Positions 25,800 to 35,585 of a DNA stretch of 61,310 bases are shown here, piece by piece; position 1 is the first letter of the stretch, and the number at the start of each line of letters is the position of its first letter. The notes beneath the pieces are model-generated. The model saw only the letters and a program-made list of their open reading frames with translations, was not told the origin of the DNA and made no database searches. This stretch comes from Fidelibacterota bacterium (GTDB taxonomy: Bacteria > Fidelibacterota > Marinisomatia > Marinisomatales > UBA1611): contig PBFM01000006.1 of the NCBI GenBank assembly GCA_002718655.1, forward strand, positions 1 through 61,310, given 5' to 3'. Position numbers and translations under genes: made by a program.

Positions 25800-28663
25800 C
25801 GATGAAACGGAGTTGGATCGAAACTTTCGCAGAAGGAATAGGCATCATACCTAAAATCTCAGACAGAGATGATGTTTCTGAAGAAACTGAAATAGTAGGT
25901 CCACGTGAATTATATAAATATCCAAAACCAAGTGAGTGGAATGATTTTGTTGAATTAGATGCTTTAGCGTGGCCTGAAAAAATAAAGAAACATTATTCCA
26001 TAGTCCCTACTACTTGCTTTAATTGCGAATCAGCCTGTGGACTTTTGGCTTACATTGATAAAGATTCTAATAAAGTCAGAAAATTTGAGGGTAATCCTTA
26101 TCACCCTGGTAGTAGAGGACGTAATTGTGCTAAAGGTCCAGCGACAATAAATCAGATCAATGATACTGAACGAATTCTTTATCCATTGAAAAGAGTAGGT
26201 AAAAGAGGTGAGGGTAAATGGGCACGAATTAGCTGGAGCGAAGCAATAGGTGAAATTTCAGAAAAGATTGCAAAGTCATTAAGAAAAAGGAAAGATGGTG
26301 TTGTCTATCACGTAGGCAGACCTGGCCATGAGGGTTATGCAGAACGTGTATTAAAAGCTTGGGGAGTTGATGGTCACAATTCTCATACCAATATTTGTTC
26401 TGCTGGTGCGAGAACAGGATATGCACTGTGGCATAAATACGATCGCCCTAGTCCTGACCATACGAATGCAGAAGTTATTCTTCTGGCATCTTCTCATCTT
26501 GAAACGGGTCATTATTTTAATCCTCACGCTCAAAGAATAATGGAAGGTATGATGAAAGGAGCAAAATTAATTGTGCTTGATCCACGACTTTCAAATACTG
26601 CATCAATGGCAGATGAATGGTTACCAACTTATCCTGGAAGTGAGACTGCAGTTTTTATGGCCATAGCAAAAATCATAGTTGAAGAAGGATTATACGATCG
26701 AAAATATTTGAAAGATTGGGTTAATTGGCAGGATTATCTTATAAAATTACACCCGAATGATCCAGTTGATTTTAATCAATTCATATACCGATTAAATGAA
26801 GAATGGAAAGAATACAGTCCCGAATTTGCTGCGGAAGAAGCACAAGTTGATAAAGAGCAAATAATACGTATAGCGAAATTAATAGGAAAAGCGGGAAGCA
26901 AATTTTCTTCACATGTATGGCGTGGACCATCAATTGGGAATCTAGGTGGGTGGCAGGTGTCTCGTGCCTTGCACCTTATTAACGTACTAACTGGGTCTGT
27001 CGGTACAAAGGGAGGAACATCGCCAAGCGCGTGGAATAAATTTCATCCAAAATTTTTTAATATTCCACCTGACCCAGATGCATGGAATGAACTTAATTGG
27101 CCTCCTGAGTATACGCTTTCCCATTATGAAATGAGCCAAATCCTACCTCATATGTTAAAAGATGATAGAGGTTCTTTAGATGTTTACTTTACCCGCGTTT
27201 TTAATCCTGTGTGGACTTATCCTGATGGTTTTACATGGATTGAGATGTTGTCCGATATGGAGAAGGTTGGTTGCCATGTTGCCTTAACGCCTACTTGGAA
27301 TGAGACTGCATTTTTTGCTGACTACGTTTTGCCGATGGGGCATGCATCTGAGCGACACGATCTTAACTCATATGAGACTCAGGCTGGCATTTGGATCGCA
27401 TTTCGCCAGCCGGTAATGCGAGAAAAAGCCCGTAGAGATGGTAAAGAGGTTGAATTTACGCACGAGGTCAACCCAGGAGAAGTATGGGAAGAAGATGAAT
27501 TCTGGATAGAGCTTTCATGGGAGATTGATAAAAATCAGGACTTGGGAATTCGAAAACATTTCATGAGTCCCTACAGAAAAGGAAAAAAAATCAACATTGA
27601 TGAGTACTATCAATATATATTTGAAAACACTAAAGGGTTACCAGAAAAGGCAAATGAGGAAGGAATAACTCCTTTGGATTATATGAGAAAATATGGAGCA
27701 TTTTTAGTTGACGATAACATTTACAATAATAATGAAAAAAAAATAGAGTCTAATGGACCAATAGAAATAAATGATTACAACCAAATCAGAAAGGACGGGA
27801 AGATCATTGGTTTAAAAGTGGATGATAAAATGCTTTCAGGATACCCTACCCCCTCAAAAAAACAAGAAATATATTCTCAAACCATGGTTGATTTTGGATA
27901 TCCCGACCATGCTACGCCTGGCTACAGGATAAGGAGCCACGTTCACCCTGATAAAATAGATAAGAATAAAAATGAATGTATCCTGTTACCAAATTTTAGA
28001 CTACCTACCCATATACATTCCCGTTCAGCCAATGCAAAATGGCTGACAGAAATCGCTCATAGAAATCCCATTTGGATACATGCAAATGATGCAAAAAGAG
28101 TGGGTGTAAATGATGGTGATTTGATTAAAGTTACAACAGAGATTGGATGGTTTGTTGATAAGGTATGGATTACTGAAGCGATTAAACCAGGTATTGTAGC
28201 TTGTTCCCATCATATTGGCAGATGGAGGAGAAAACAAGATGAGGGAAACCGATTTATGACCAATACGGTTAACATTCTAAGTATGGGAAATGGAAAATGG
28301 AAAATGGAAACTATTGAGGGAGTTCGTTCTTGGAAGACAAAAGACCCTGATACTAATAGGATTTGGTGGAGAGATGGAGGAGTGCATCAAAATATTACCC
28401 ATCCTGCAAATCCAGATCCAATTTCAGGTGCACACTGTTGGTTACAGAAAGTTCGAATATCAAAACCCAAGGCAAATGAGAATTATGGTGATATATTTGT
28501 TGACACGAATAAATCTTTTGAGCATTACAAGAAATGGAACCAGTGGGCGAAGGATAAAGAAGTTCATCCCAATGGATTAAGAAGACCACTTTGGATGGGT
28601 AGACCTTTATTGCCACAAAAAGAACAATTTTTTATAAAAAACTTATTTGATAACAATTCCTAA
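25796..28663 (+). CDS. Molybdopterin (bis-MGD) oxidoreductase catalytic subunit, no Tat signal; SoeA-like candidate
   Basis: 955 aa. FS0 motif CFNCESACGLLAY...RNCAKG, probable Mo-ligand Cys in NSHTNICSAGAR, C-terminal PDPISGAHCWLQKVRISK. The N-terminus MTMKRSWIETFAEG lacks an RR motif and a hydrophobic h-region. TTGA overlap with the upstream gene (alternative ATG at 25802). Confidence 0.8.
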   Translation: MTMKRSWIETFAEGIGIIPKISDRDDVSEETEIVGPRELYKYPKPSEWNDFVELDALAWPEKIKKHYSIVPTTCFNCESACGLLAYIDKDSNKVRKFEGNPYHPGSRGRNCAKGPATINQINDTERILYPLKRVGKRGEGKWARISWSEAIGEISEKIAKSLRKRKDGVVYHVGRPGHEGYAERVLKAWGVDGHNSHTNICSAGARTGYALWHKYDRPSPDHTNAEVILLASSHLETGHYFNPHAQRIMEGMMKGAKLIVLDPRLSNTASMADEWLPTYPGSETAVFMAIAKIIVEEGLYDRKYLKDWVNWQDYLIKLHPNDPVDFNQFIYRLNEEWKEYSPEFAAEEAQVDKEQIIRIAKLIGKAGSKFSSHVWRGPSIGNLGGWQVSRALHLINVLTGSVGTKGGTSPSAWNKFHPKFFNIPPDPDAWNELNWPPEYTLSHYEMSQILPHMLKDDRGSLDVYFTRVFNPVWTYPDGFTWIEMLSDMEKVGCHVALTPTWNETAFFADYVLPMGHASERHDLNSYETQAGIWIAFRQPVMREKARRDGKEVEFTHEVNPGEVWEEDEFWIELSWEIDKNQDLGIRKHFMSPYRKGKKINIDEYYQYIFENTKGLPEKANEEGITPLDYMRKYGAFLVDDNIYNNNEKKIESNGPIEINDYNQIRKDGKIIGLKVDDKMLSGYPTPSKKQEIYSQTMVDFGYPDHATPGYRIRSHVHPDKIDKNKNECILLPNFRLPTHIHSRSANAKWLTEIAHRNPIWIHANDAKRVGVNDGDLIKVTTEIGWFVDKVWITEAIKPGIVACSHHIGRWRRKQDEGNRFMTNTVNILSMGNGKWKMETIEGVRSWKTKDPDTNRIWWRDGGVHQNITHPANPDPISGAHCWLQKVRISKPKANENYGDIFVDTNKSFEHYKKWNQWAKDKEVHPNGLRRPLWMGRPLLPQKEQFFIKNLFDNNS

Positions 28664-28681
28664 TTTTTTGCAAATTTTCGT

Positions 28682-29257
28682 TTGAAAAAAGGTCTATTTC
28701 CATTGTACAAACGTTCAAGATTTCTAATTGGATTTTCCATATTCCTATTATGTTGCGAATCAAATGAGCACATACGTAAATATCGTTTACCAAAAAACAC
28801 AATGGAGGGAAAAAACAAAAGCCAAAAAATCCCTATTGAATTTCAAATAGGGTGGATAAAACCGAAGTCATGGAAAGAGGTTAAAGGTCATGCAATGAGG
28901 TATGCGAGTTTTAACGCGCCCTATGTTGATGGAAATGCTGACATATCTATAACTACATTCGAGGGTAATAGTGGTGGTATTGTTCCTAATGTCAATAGAT
29001 GGTTAGGGCAAATTGGTATAGAACCATATTCCAGCGATAAAATTTTGAATATTGAAGAAAAGATGAAAAGTAAATTAGGTGAATATTCTTATTTTAAGTT
29101 GATCAATGAAAAAAATAATGAAACTGCAATCCTTGCTGCAATATTTGAACTTAAAAATAGAACCCTTTTTATAAAACTATCGTCTACTTTGAAAGGTCTA
29201 AGAAGTATTGAAACAGAATTCATTGGATTCTGTTCATCGATTTTCATAAAAGGTTAG
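28682..29257 (+). CDS. Hypothetical lipoprotein
   Basis: 191 aa from a TTG start, giving a signal/lipobox-like FSIFLLCC. No recognisable domain. Ends 2 nt before the ResB-like gene. Confidence 0.45.
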   Translation: MKKGLFPLYKRSRFLIGFSIFLLCCESNEHIRKYRLPKNTMEGKNKSQKIPIEFQIGWIKPKSWKEVKGHAMRYASFNAPYVDGNADISITTFEGNSGGIVPNVNRWLGQIGIEPYSSDKILNIEEKMKSKLGEYSYFKLINEKNNETAILAAIFELKNRTLFIKLSSTLKGLRSIETEFIGFCSSIFIKG

Positions 29258-29259
29258 AG

Positions 29260-30381
29260 ATGCTGGACCTTATCACCAAATTATTAAGCAGTCCTAGAAT
29301 ATTTTCATACACTGTTTTGTGGATGATAGTGCTTGTGTTTTTTGGCACTTTAGCACAAAAAGATATTGGATTATATGCCTCTCAAATGAAATACTTTTCA
29401 TCATACTATTTTACAGTAGGTGGTTTCATACCTGTTCCCGGTGGCAGATCTGTTCTTCTGCTAATGACTATCAACCTCGCGTTTAGTTTATTTAAGAAAA
29501 ATTTATGGAAAATGAAAAAAGTAGGTATAATTATTGTTCATGTTGGGGGATTACTATTATTACTTGGTGGAGGTATAACAGCTCAATTTAGCTCAGAAGG
29601 GAATATGGTAATTTCTGAAGGTGAGACAATAAATTATGTTGATGATTATTTTGACATGGAATTAGTATTTGTCAATACCTCACTTCAAGATAGTCTCGAA
29701 TATACTGTTTTTGATGAACCTTTATTAGAAAATGGAACCAAAATCATTTACGATGAACTTAATCTACAAATAGATATTATAGACCACATAAAGAATGTGA
29801 GAATTGAACAACGCATTTCCACTGCTGACACTATTTACAAGGGATTTTTAAATGAATTCATACTTTTACCAAAAAAACCTGAAAAGGAAGCGACACAAAA
29901 CAGACCAGGGATAGTAATTAAATTATCTGGGCTCAATAATTCGCAGGATGGTATTTACGGAATTTTTCTTGGTCAAAAAACGCCTGATACATTTCAAATC
30001 AATGGCAATCTATTTTTTATTGAATTTAGGAGAAAACGTACTTATATACCATTTTCCATTAATCTTTTAGATTTTGAAAAAGTTATGCATCCCGGGACCA
30101 ATGTTGCAAAAAGCTATAGCTCAGAAATCAATCTTATTGAGGATGCCATCTCAAGAAGAATCTTAATAAAAATGAATGAACCATTGAGGCATGCGGGTTA
30201 TACATTTTATCAGGCATCCTTCGTTGACGGCCTAGATAAAGAGACTAGTGTTTTGGCGGCCGTAAAAAATTATGGAAGACTTTTTCCGTATATATCAAGC
30301 ATTATAATGAGTATAGGCCTCTTAATACACCTTCTAATACATCTTCCGAAAATGCTGGAGAGGAGGAGCAATACTATTTAA
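29260..30381 (+). CDS. resB: ResB/Ccs1-like cytochrome c biogenesis protein (System II)
   Basis: 373 aa. N-terminal TM with FFGTLAQKDIG, TM His in IIIVHVGGLLLLLGG, C-terminal ...AGYTFYQASF...TM. Immediately upstream of ccsA. Confidence 0.65.
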   Translation: MLDLITKLLSSPRIFSYTVLWMIVLVFFGTLAQKDIGLYASQMKYFSSYYFTVGGFIPVPGGRSVLLLMTINLAFSLFKKNLWKMKKVGIIIVHVGGLLLLLGGGITAQFSSEGNMVISEGETINYVDDYFDMELVFVNTSLQDSLEYTVFDEPLLENGTKIIYDELNLQIDIIDHIKNVRIEQRISTADTIYKGFLNEFILLPKKPEKEATQNRPGIVIKLSGLNNSQDGIYGIFLGQKTPDTFQINGNLFFIEFRRKRTYIPFSINLLDFEKVMHPGTNVAKSYSSEINLIEDAISRRILIKMNEPLRHAGYTFYQASFVDGLDKETSVLAAVKNYGRLFPYISSIIMSIGLLIHLLIHLPKMLERRSNTI

Positions 30382-30383
30382 AG

Positions 30384-32003
30384 ATGAGAAATTATTTAAT
30401 TTGTATATTGCTTTGCATTAGTACTCAACTTCTAGGATTTGGTATTGGTGACATACCCATTCAGGATGAAGGAAGAATAAAACCACTAGATACTTTTGCG
30501 CGTAACCATCTACTAGCTTTTTATGGAAAACGTACGCTTACCAACATCAATCTAAGTGCAACTGATTGGCTACTAGATTTGATACTTAATCCTAAATCTG
30601 GTAGAGATCAAAAGATATTCAATATCAGAAATCCAGAAGTTGCCTCTAGTCTCTTTCTTGTCTGGACATCAGAACATAAATATAGCTTCAATGAAATAGC
30701 TCCAGGGCTACGTGAACAAGCCTCACTTATTTCAGTCATTGATCAGAAAAATAATGAAGACAGAAGTATTTTTGAAAAGCAATTGTTTGAGCTAAGTAAA
30801 AACATTCTCCGATTTGAAGAATTGAGTTATCTCAAGGCAATCAAACTTATTCCTCCTAGTAATGGAAGTGAAAACAGTGAGTGGTTCTCTCCTTTTGATT
30901 TTATAGTTAAAAGAGTACCTTCAGACAACAACCAAAATGAAATACTGAGCTCAATACAATTATATCTTGCTGGACGTATGAGCAAAGATGAGGCACAGAT
31001 GGATTCCGCTCTTTATAATTACGAAACAGCGCTTGCTTCCTTTGTCGACCAAGATATAAATATACCAGTTTTAGAAAAAGAATCTTGGATGAATAAAGCA
31101 CGTCTTTTTCAAATGAGTTTAGGCTTTTATTTGGCTGCATTCGTTTTTTTAGCATTTAGTTGGATGATAAAACCCATATTGTTAAACAAGCTATCATACG
31201 TATTGTTGGCTCTTGGAACATTGGTACATGGATATGCAATATTAGTTAGAATGTATATAATGGGTCGTCCGCCTGTTACAACATTATATGAATCTGTTAT
31301 TTTTGTTTCCTTTATTATTGTACTATTATCTATAGTATTAGAACGATTTAGAAGAGATGGACTTGGAGTATTTGTGGGTTCTGTGAGTGGTGCCATTCTC
31401 CATTTCATTGGATTTAGCTATGCCTCAGATGGGGATACTCTTGGAATGCTCGTCGCAGTTTTAAATTCGAATTTTTGGCTTGCAACGCATGTAACTACTA
31501 TCACTATTGGTTATGGTGCATCATTAATGGCTGGGCTTGTTGGACACCTATATCTGATATTTCTAGTAAAGAAAGAAAAAAATGAAACGGTTTTGAATAG
31601 TATATTCAAAAATTTATTTGGAATTACATTAATAGCACTGTTTTTTACTTTATTTGGTACTATTCTTGGGGGTATTTGGGCTGATCAATCGTGGGGAAGA
31701 TTCTGGGGGTGGGATCCAAAAGAAAATGGTGCTCTTTTAATTGTATTGTGGCAATTAATGATGATTCATATGAGGTTATCAGGTCTAGCTAAACCTGCAG
31801 AGTTTGCTTTAGGGATGGGACTGAATAATATCATTGTCGCTTTAGCATGGTTTGGGGTGAATCTTTTACAGGTTGGGTTACATAGCTATGGTTTCGATGA
31901 TGGAGTTGCTAGAAACTTATATGTTTTTATTGTTTTAGAGTTATTTTTCTGTTTAGGATTGTATTTTTTTCAAAAATACAAAGTTAAAATTAACTTAGCC
32001 TAA
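30384..32003 (+). CDS. ccsA: Cytochrome c assembly protein CcsA/ResC (System II heme handling)
   Basis: 539 aa. Trp-rich heme-binding WWD region GGIWADQSWGRFWGWDPKENGALL followed by a conserved His (MMIHMR). Multiple TM helices. Confidence 0.8.
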   Translation: MRNYLICILLCISTQLLGFGIGDIPIQDEGRIKPLDTFARNHLLAFYGKRTLTNINLSATDWLLDLILNPKSGRDQKIFNIRNPEVASSLFLVWTSEHKYSFNEIAPGLREQASLISVIDQKNNEDRSIFEKQLFELSKNILRFEELSYLKAIKLIPPSNGSENSEWFSPFDFIVKRVPSDNNQNEILSSIQLYLAGRMSKDEAQMDSALYNYETALASFVDQDINIPVLEKESWMNKARLFQMSLGFYLAAFVFLAFSWMIKPILLNKLSYVLLALGTLVHGYAILVRMYIMGRPPVTTLYESVIFVSFIIVLLSIVLERFRRDGLGVFVGSVSGAILHFIGFSYASDGDTLGMLVAVLNSNFWLATHVTTITIGYGASLMAGLVGHLYLIFLVKKEKNETVLNSIFKNLFGITLIALFFTLFGTILGGIWADQSWGRFWGWDPKENGALLIVLWQLMMIHMRLSGLAKPAEFALGMGLNNIIVALAWFGVNLLQVGLHSYGFDDGVARNLYVFIVLELFFCLGLYFFQKYKVKINLA

Positions 32004-32007
32004 TTTC

Positions 32008-33774
32008 TTGAATTTTAGACAATGTAAATCAGTTTTTCTTTTCATTTTAATGGTTGTTTTTACATATGCTCAACAGGGTAAATACGAAAGAAAATCCATT
32101 AGTTCCTTAGGGTTGATATGGGAAGATGGTAAACTAAAAGACATTGATGAAAATTACAAAACCTATATTCAGAACTATATTGAGATACCGAGATTTGATT
32201 ACAACATTCTTCCAGAAAAATTAATAAAGGAGTTTTCATCTTCAATTAAATCAGGTGATGATATCGGTAAGGTTGAAGAAAAACTTGAGCGCATAATAAT
32301 CAGAAAAATTGTAGAAATACTTAGTGACCCAGAGATACAAAAAAATAGGGCACTTGCGCTTAAGGATGATTTCTCTTTTCAGCTTTTTGCAGCAACAAAA
32401 GCTAAATCATTGGGGATTACTATTGAAGAATTGAAAATTGTGATGAATTCAGCATACATTTATCTTCCATACATAACTAAATCTAAATTAAAGAGATTAT
32501 TACTTGTACCCATAATCAATGATAGACTAATCCATAAGATTGAGGGTGGAATAATTTGGTGGAACATAAGAATTGATTCTAATGGAAATCCTGTCATTAG
32601 AAGAGTAATGTCTCATAGTGCTGAAGGTGTTGATGCTAAAGATATTGGGATTAGAAAATTATTTCATATTGCAAATCCTTTTATTTTTAAATACGATAGA
32701 AAAAAAATCGAAGAGGATTTATATAATTCTGCTTCCATGGCTTTTATAAGAAGTCTTAGCATAAAATCAAAACAGATACCTGAATTTAATCTATCCGCGC
32801 AAATCATTGAAACTGAAGGAAAAAATCATAAAATAGCGTTAGGTAAAAAAGAAGGTGTCAGATTAGATGATGGATTTCGCATTGTTGAATTTTATGAGGA
32901 AACGGGAGGTCAGTTAAAAATAAGAAATATAGGTTTTGGCCGTACTATAAAAACAGGGAACAATATTTACGAATCAAATAGTCTATCAATCATCAGACAG
33001 AGCATCGGAAAGAGAGCTGGTATCGGTAGTGTTTTGATGGAACACCCACGATCCAATTTTGTAGTTGAATTTAAGTTTGGCCAATCATCAATATTTATTC
33101 CGAAGACAATTTTCAACCCAATTAGTCAATATGGTCTAAATAATTTAGAAGTGATTAATGATGATGTTAATACTGCAACAAATTTTTCTTTTACGACATC
33201 ATTAAATATTGCGTCTATCATTAATAGTACACAGACTTTCTTATATTTTGAATATGCTAATAGAATAGTAGATGAATCTGTTTTTAATGATGAGGTCGTT
33301 GGAGATAACGTTTTTTCCATAACATTACCATCTCTTTATTTAGGCTTTATGAAAAAAGCTGGTTTCGGACGCTCAAACTTTGGTATTGGAGTAGGAATTG
33401 GAGCGGATAATGTGAATATGAATGGTGAAATTATTTTAGAAACTAATGTAGATATTCCGAATTCAGGATATTATGGCTTTAGTTTTATAGATTCATATTA
33501 TGGTGCAAAATTATCCTCGAATTATGAATTTATCATAACTCCTGATATATCTCTAAATATTGATTTCAGCTTCAAGAGTGCATTTAGAGATAGTTTACCT
33601 GTAATTGATATTACAAATGAAGATGGTTCAACTACCTGGGATGTCGATTCGGGCAATTTAGATGATTGGCCAAACTTCGTTGATGGTTATACAATGAATA
33701 TTGGTGTTTCTTACTGTCCCAAAACCATTCCTTTCAAATGGGGTGGTAAACTAGATAGATATAGAAAATATTGA
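32008..33774 (+). CDS. Hypothetical secreted / possible outer-membrane protein
   Basis: 588 aa, TTG start, signal peptide VFLFILMVVFTYAQQ. The C-terminal third has alternating Gly/aromatic-rich segments and ends in an aromatic residue (RKY). No recognised domain. Confidence 0.4.
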   Translation: MNFRQCKSVFLFILMVVFTYAQQGKYERKSISSLGLIWEDGKLKDIDENYKTYIQNYIEIPRFDYNILPEKLIKEFSSSIKSGDDIGKVEEKLERIIIRKIVEILSDPEIQKNRALALKDDFSFQLFAATKAKSLGITIEELKIVMNSAYIYLPYITKSKLKRLLLVPIINDRLIHKIEGGIIWWNIRIDSNGNPVIRRVMSHSAEGVDAKDIGIRKLFHIANPFIFKYDRKKIEEDLYNSASMAFIRSLSIKSKQIPEFNLSAQIIETEGKNHKIALGKKEGVRLDDGFRIVEFYEETGGQLKIRNIGFGRTIKTGNNIYESNSLSIIRQSIGKRAGIGSVLMEHPRSNFVVEFKFGQSSIFIPKTIFNPISQYGLNNLEVINDDVNTATNFSFTTSLNIASIINSTQTFLYFEYANRIVDESVFNDEVVGDNVFSITLPSLYLGFMKKAGFGRSNFGIGVGIGADNVNMNGEIILETNVDIPNSGYYGFSFIDSYYGAKLSSNYEFIITPDISLNIDFSFKSAFRDSLPVIDITNEDGSTTWDVDSGNLDDWPNFVDGYTMNIGVSYCPKTIPFKWGGKLDRYRKY

Positions 33775-33805
33775 TTCTAATTTATTTAACAGTTAATAAT
33801 TAAAA

Positions 33806-34474
33806 ATGAGAAAATGGAGTTTAATTTTAGATTTTGATAGCACCATTATCACTAAAGAGTCATTCGATGTTTTATCAGAGATAATTCTATCTAAGAATCT
33901 CAATTCAGATAAAATCACTTATAAAATAAAAGAACTAACTAGACTTGGAATGGAGGGTGAAATTACTTTTCAAGAGTCACTAACAAGGAGATTAGAATTA
34001 TTAAATTTAACACAAGAATATATTGCTGAACTTAGTAGATTAGTTTTAACTATGGTATCACCCTCATTTTGTAATAAGGAGAAATGGTTTAGAGAAAATG
34101 CGGATGACATTTTTATTTTTTCTGGGGGTTTCAGAGATGTGGTTACACCTGTTGCAAAGATATTAGGTATGCGATCTGAAAATATATACGCTAATGATTT
34201 GATTTTTAAAGATGGTAATTTTCAAGGTATTGATGACAACAATCCTTTAAGCAAATCTTGTGGGAAGCTAAACCTGGCTAAACTACTTAAACTAAATACT
34301 GAAATAATTATGGTTGGTGATGGAATTACTGATGCAGAGGTTAAACAATTAGATAAGGAGGTTACTTTTTTTGCTTTTACGGAAAATGTGCACAGAGAAA
34401 CAGTAATAAATATTGCAGATTATGTTGCTGATGATTTTAATGACATTTTAGTTTTTATAGATAATCTGAAATAA
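33806..34474 (+). CDS. HAD-IB family hydrolase, phosphoserine phosphatase-like
   Basis: Motif I LILDFDSTII, motif IV MVGDGITDAE. Confidence 0.65.
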   Translation: MRKWSLILDFDSTIITKESFDVLSEIILSKNLNSDKITYKIKELTRLGMEGEITFQESLTRRLELLNLTQEYIAELSRLVLTMVSPSFCNKEKWFRENADDIFIFSGGFRDVVTPVAKILGMRSENIYANDLIFKDGNFQGIDDNNPLSKSCGKLNLAKLLKLNTEIIMVGDGITDAEVKQLDKEVTFFAFTENVHRETVINIADYVADDFNDILVFIDNLK

Positions 34475-34643
34475 ATTTTTCTTCAAATATACAACTGTAT
34501 AAATACTCTAAATTGCGATGTGAATTATAACTATATATATTCTTTCGCTTGTATATTAGCAAAATTTTGATTTATCTTGTGGTGTCCTATGTGATGTTTT
34601 TAGGACAGAAATCCACCTACCAAATAAAGTTTTTTAAAAACTG

Positions 34644-34673
34644 AACCAAATATTCTGGGATAAATATTTGGTT
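34644..34673 (+). promoter_or_regulatory. 11-bp-stem hairpin (AACCAAATATT / AATATTTGGTT, 8-nt loop) followed by a T-run in the coxM leader; terminator/attenuator-like
   Basis: Read directly. Lies about 35 nt upstream of the coxM ATG and about 170 nt downstream of the previous gene. A second hairpin, TGTCCTA...TAGGACA, is at 34583..34607. Confidence 0.35.
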
Positions 34674-34708
34674 TTTAATATTACAAATAGCCACTTAAGG
34701 AGTACAAT

Positions 34709-35584
34709 ATGATACCTGGTGCATTTGATTATCATTCGCCTAAGACTTTAGACGAAGCAATTAATTTATTAAACGACCTTGGTGAGGATGCTAAGATTCT
34801 TGCTGGGGGTCATAGCCTATTGCCAATGATGAAATGGAGACTTGCAGAGCCTGCTCACCTTGTAGACATAAGTCGCTTATCTGACCTTGATTACATTAAG
34901 GAGGAAAATGGATTTCTATGTTTAGGCGCAATGGTCACAGAATCAGGTTTGGAAAATTCAGAGTTGATTGCTGAAAAATATCCTATTCTTAAAGATACCT
35001 CTGAGGTTATAGCTGATCCTCTAGTTCGTAACTTGGCATCGATTGGTGGGAATATTGCACATGGTGATCCTGCCAATGATCATCCTGCAACAATGTTAGC
35101 TCTCAATGCAATTGTGGTGGTTTGTGGTCCAAACGGTTCCAAAAGAGAGATTAACATAGATGAATTTTTTCTTGGTCCGTTATGGACTGCACTGGGGGAA
35201 AATGAAATCTTAACTGAGATTAAAATACCTATGCCTAAACAGCAATCTGGAGGTTGCTATATAAAACTTGAGAGGAAAGTAGGAGATTATGCCATTGCAG
35301 CTTCTGCCGTCACCTTAGATTTTGAAAATGGAAAGTGTAGCTCCTCAGGAATAGCTTTGACAAATGTAGGCCCCACTCCCGTACGTGCTAAGGATGCACA
35401 GGATGTTCTTATTGGAACAGATGTATCTAATGAAGTCATAGAGCAAGCTAGTAATTTGGCTGCAGAAGCATCTCAGCCTGTTGGAGATCATCGCGGATCG
35501 GAAGAGTATAAGCGTGGTGTGGTGAAAACATTGACAGGTCGTGCTATTCTGAAAGCAAAAAATAGAGCAATGGGAGGTAATTAA
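34709..35584 (+). CDS. coxM: Aerobic CO dehydrogenase medium (FAD-binding) subunit
   Basis: 291 aa. [14 protein letters not shown] and [16 protein letters not shown] motifs. M-S-L gene order. Confidence 0.85.
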   Translation: MIPGAFDYHSPKTLDEAINLLNDLGEDAKILAGGHSLLPMMKWRLAEPAHLVDISRLSDLDYIKEENGFLCLGAMVTESGLENSELIAEKYPILKDTSEVIADPLVRNLASIGGNIAHGDPANDHPATMLALNAIVVVCGPNGSKREINIDEFFLGPLWTALGENEILTEIKIPMPKQQSGGCYIKLERKVGDYAIAASAVTLDFENGKCSSSGIALTNVGPTPVRAKDAQDVLIGTDVSNEVIEQASNLAAEASQPVGDHRGSEEYKRGVVKTLTGRAILKAKNRAMGGN

Positions 35585-35585
35585 A

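Noticed and set aside
25796-28663. Annotating the molybdoenzyme simply as polysulfide/thiosulfate reductase PsrA/PhsA
   Set aside because: Not adopted as the primary call. There is no twin-arginine signal on either soluble subunit. The catalytic subunit, at 955 aa, is larger than I recall for typical PsrA/PhsA proteins. Psr-like chemistry remains an alternative until phylogeny is done.
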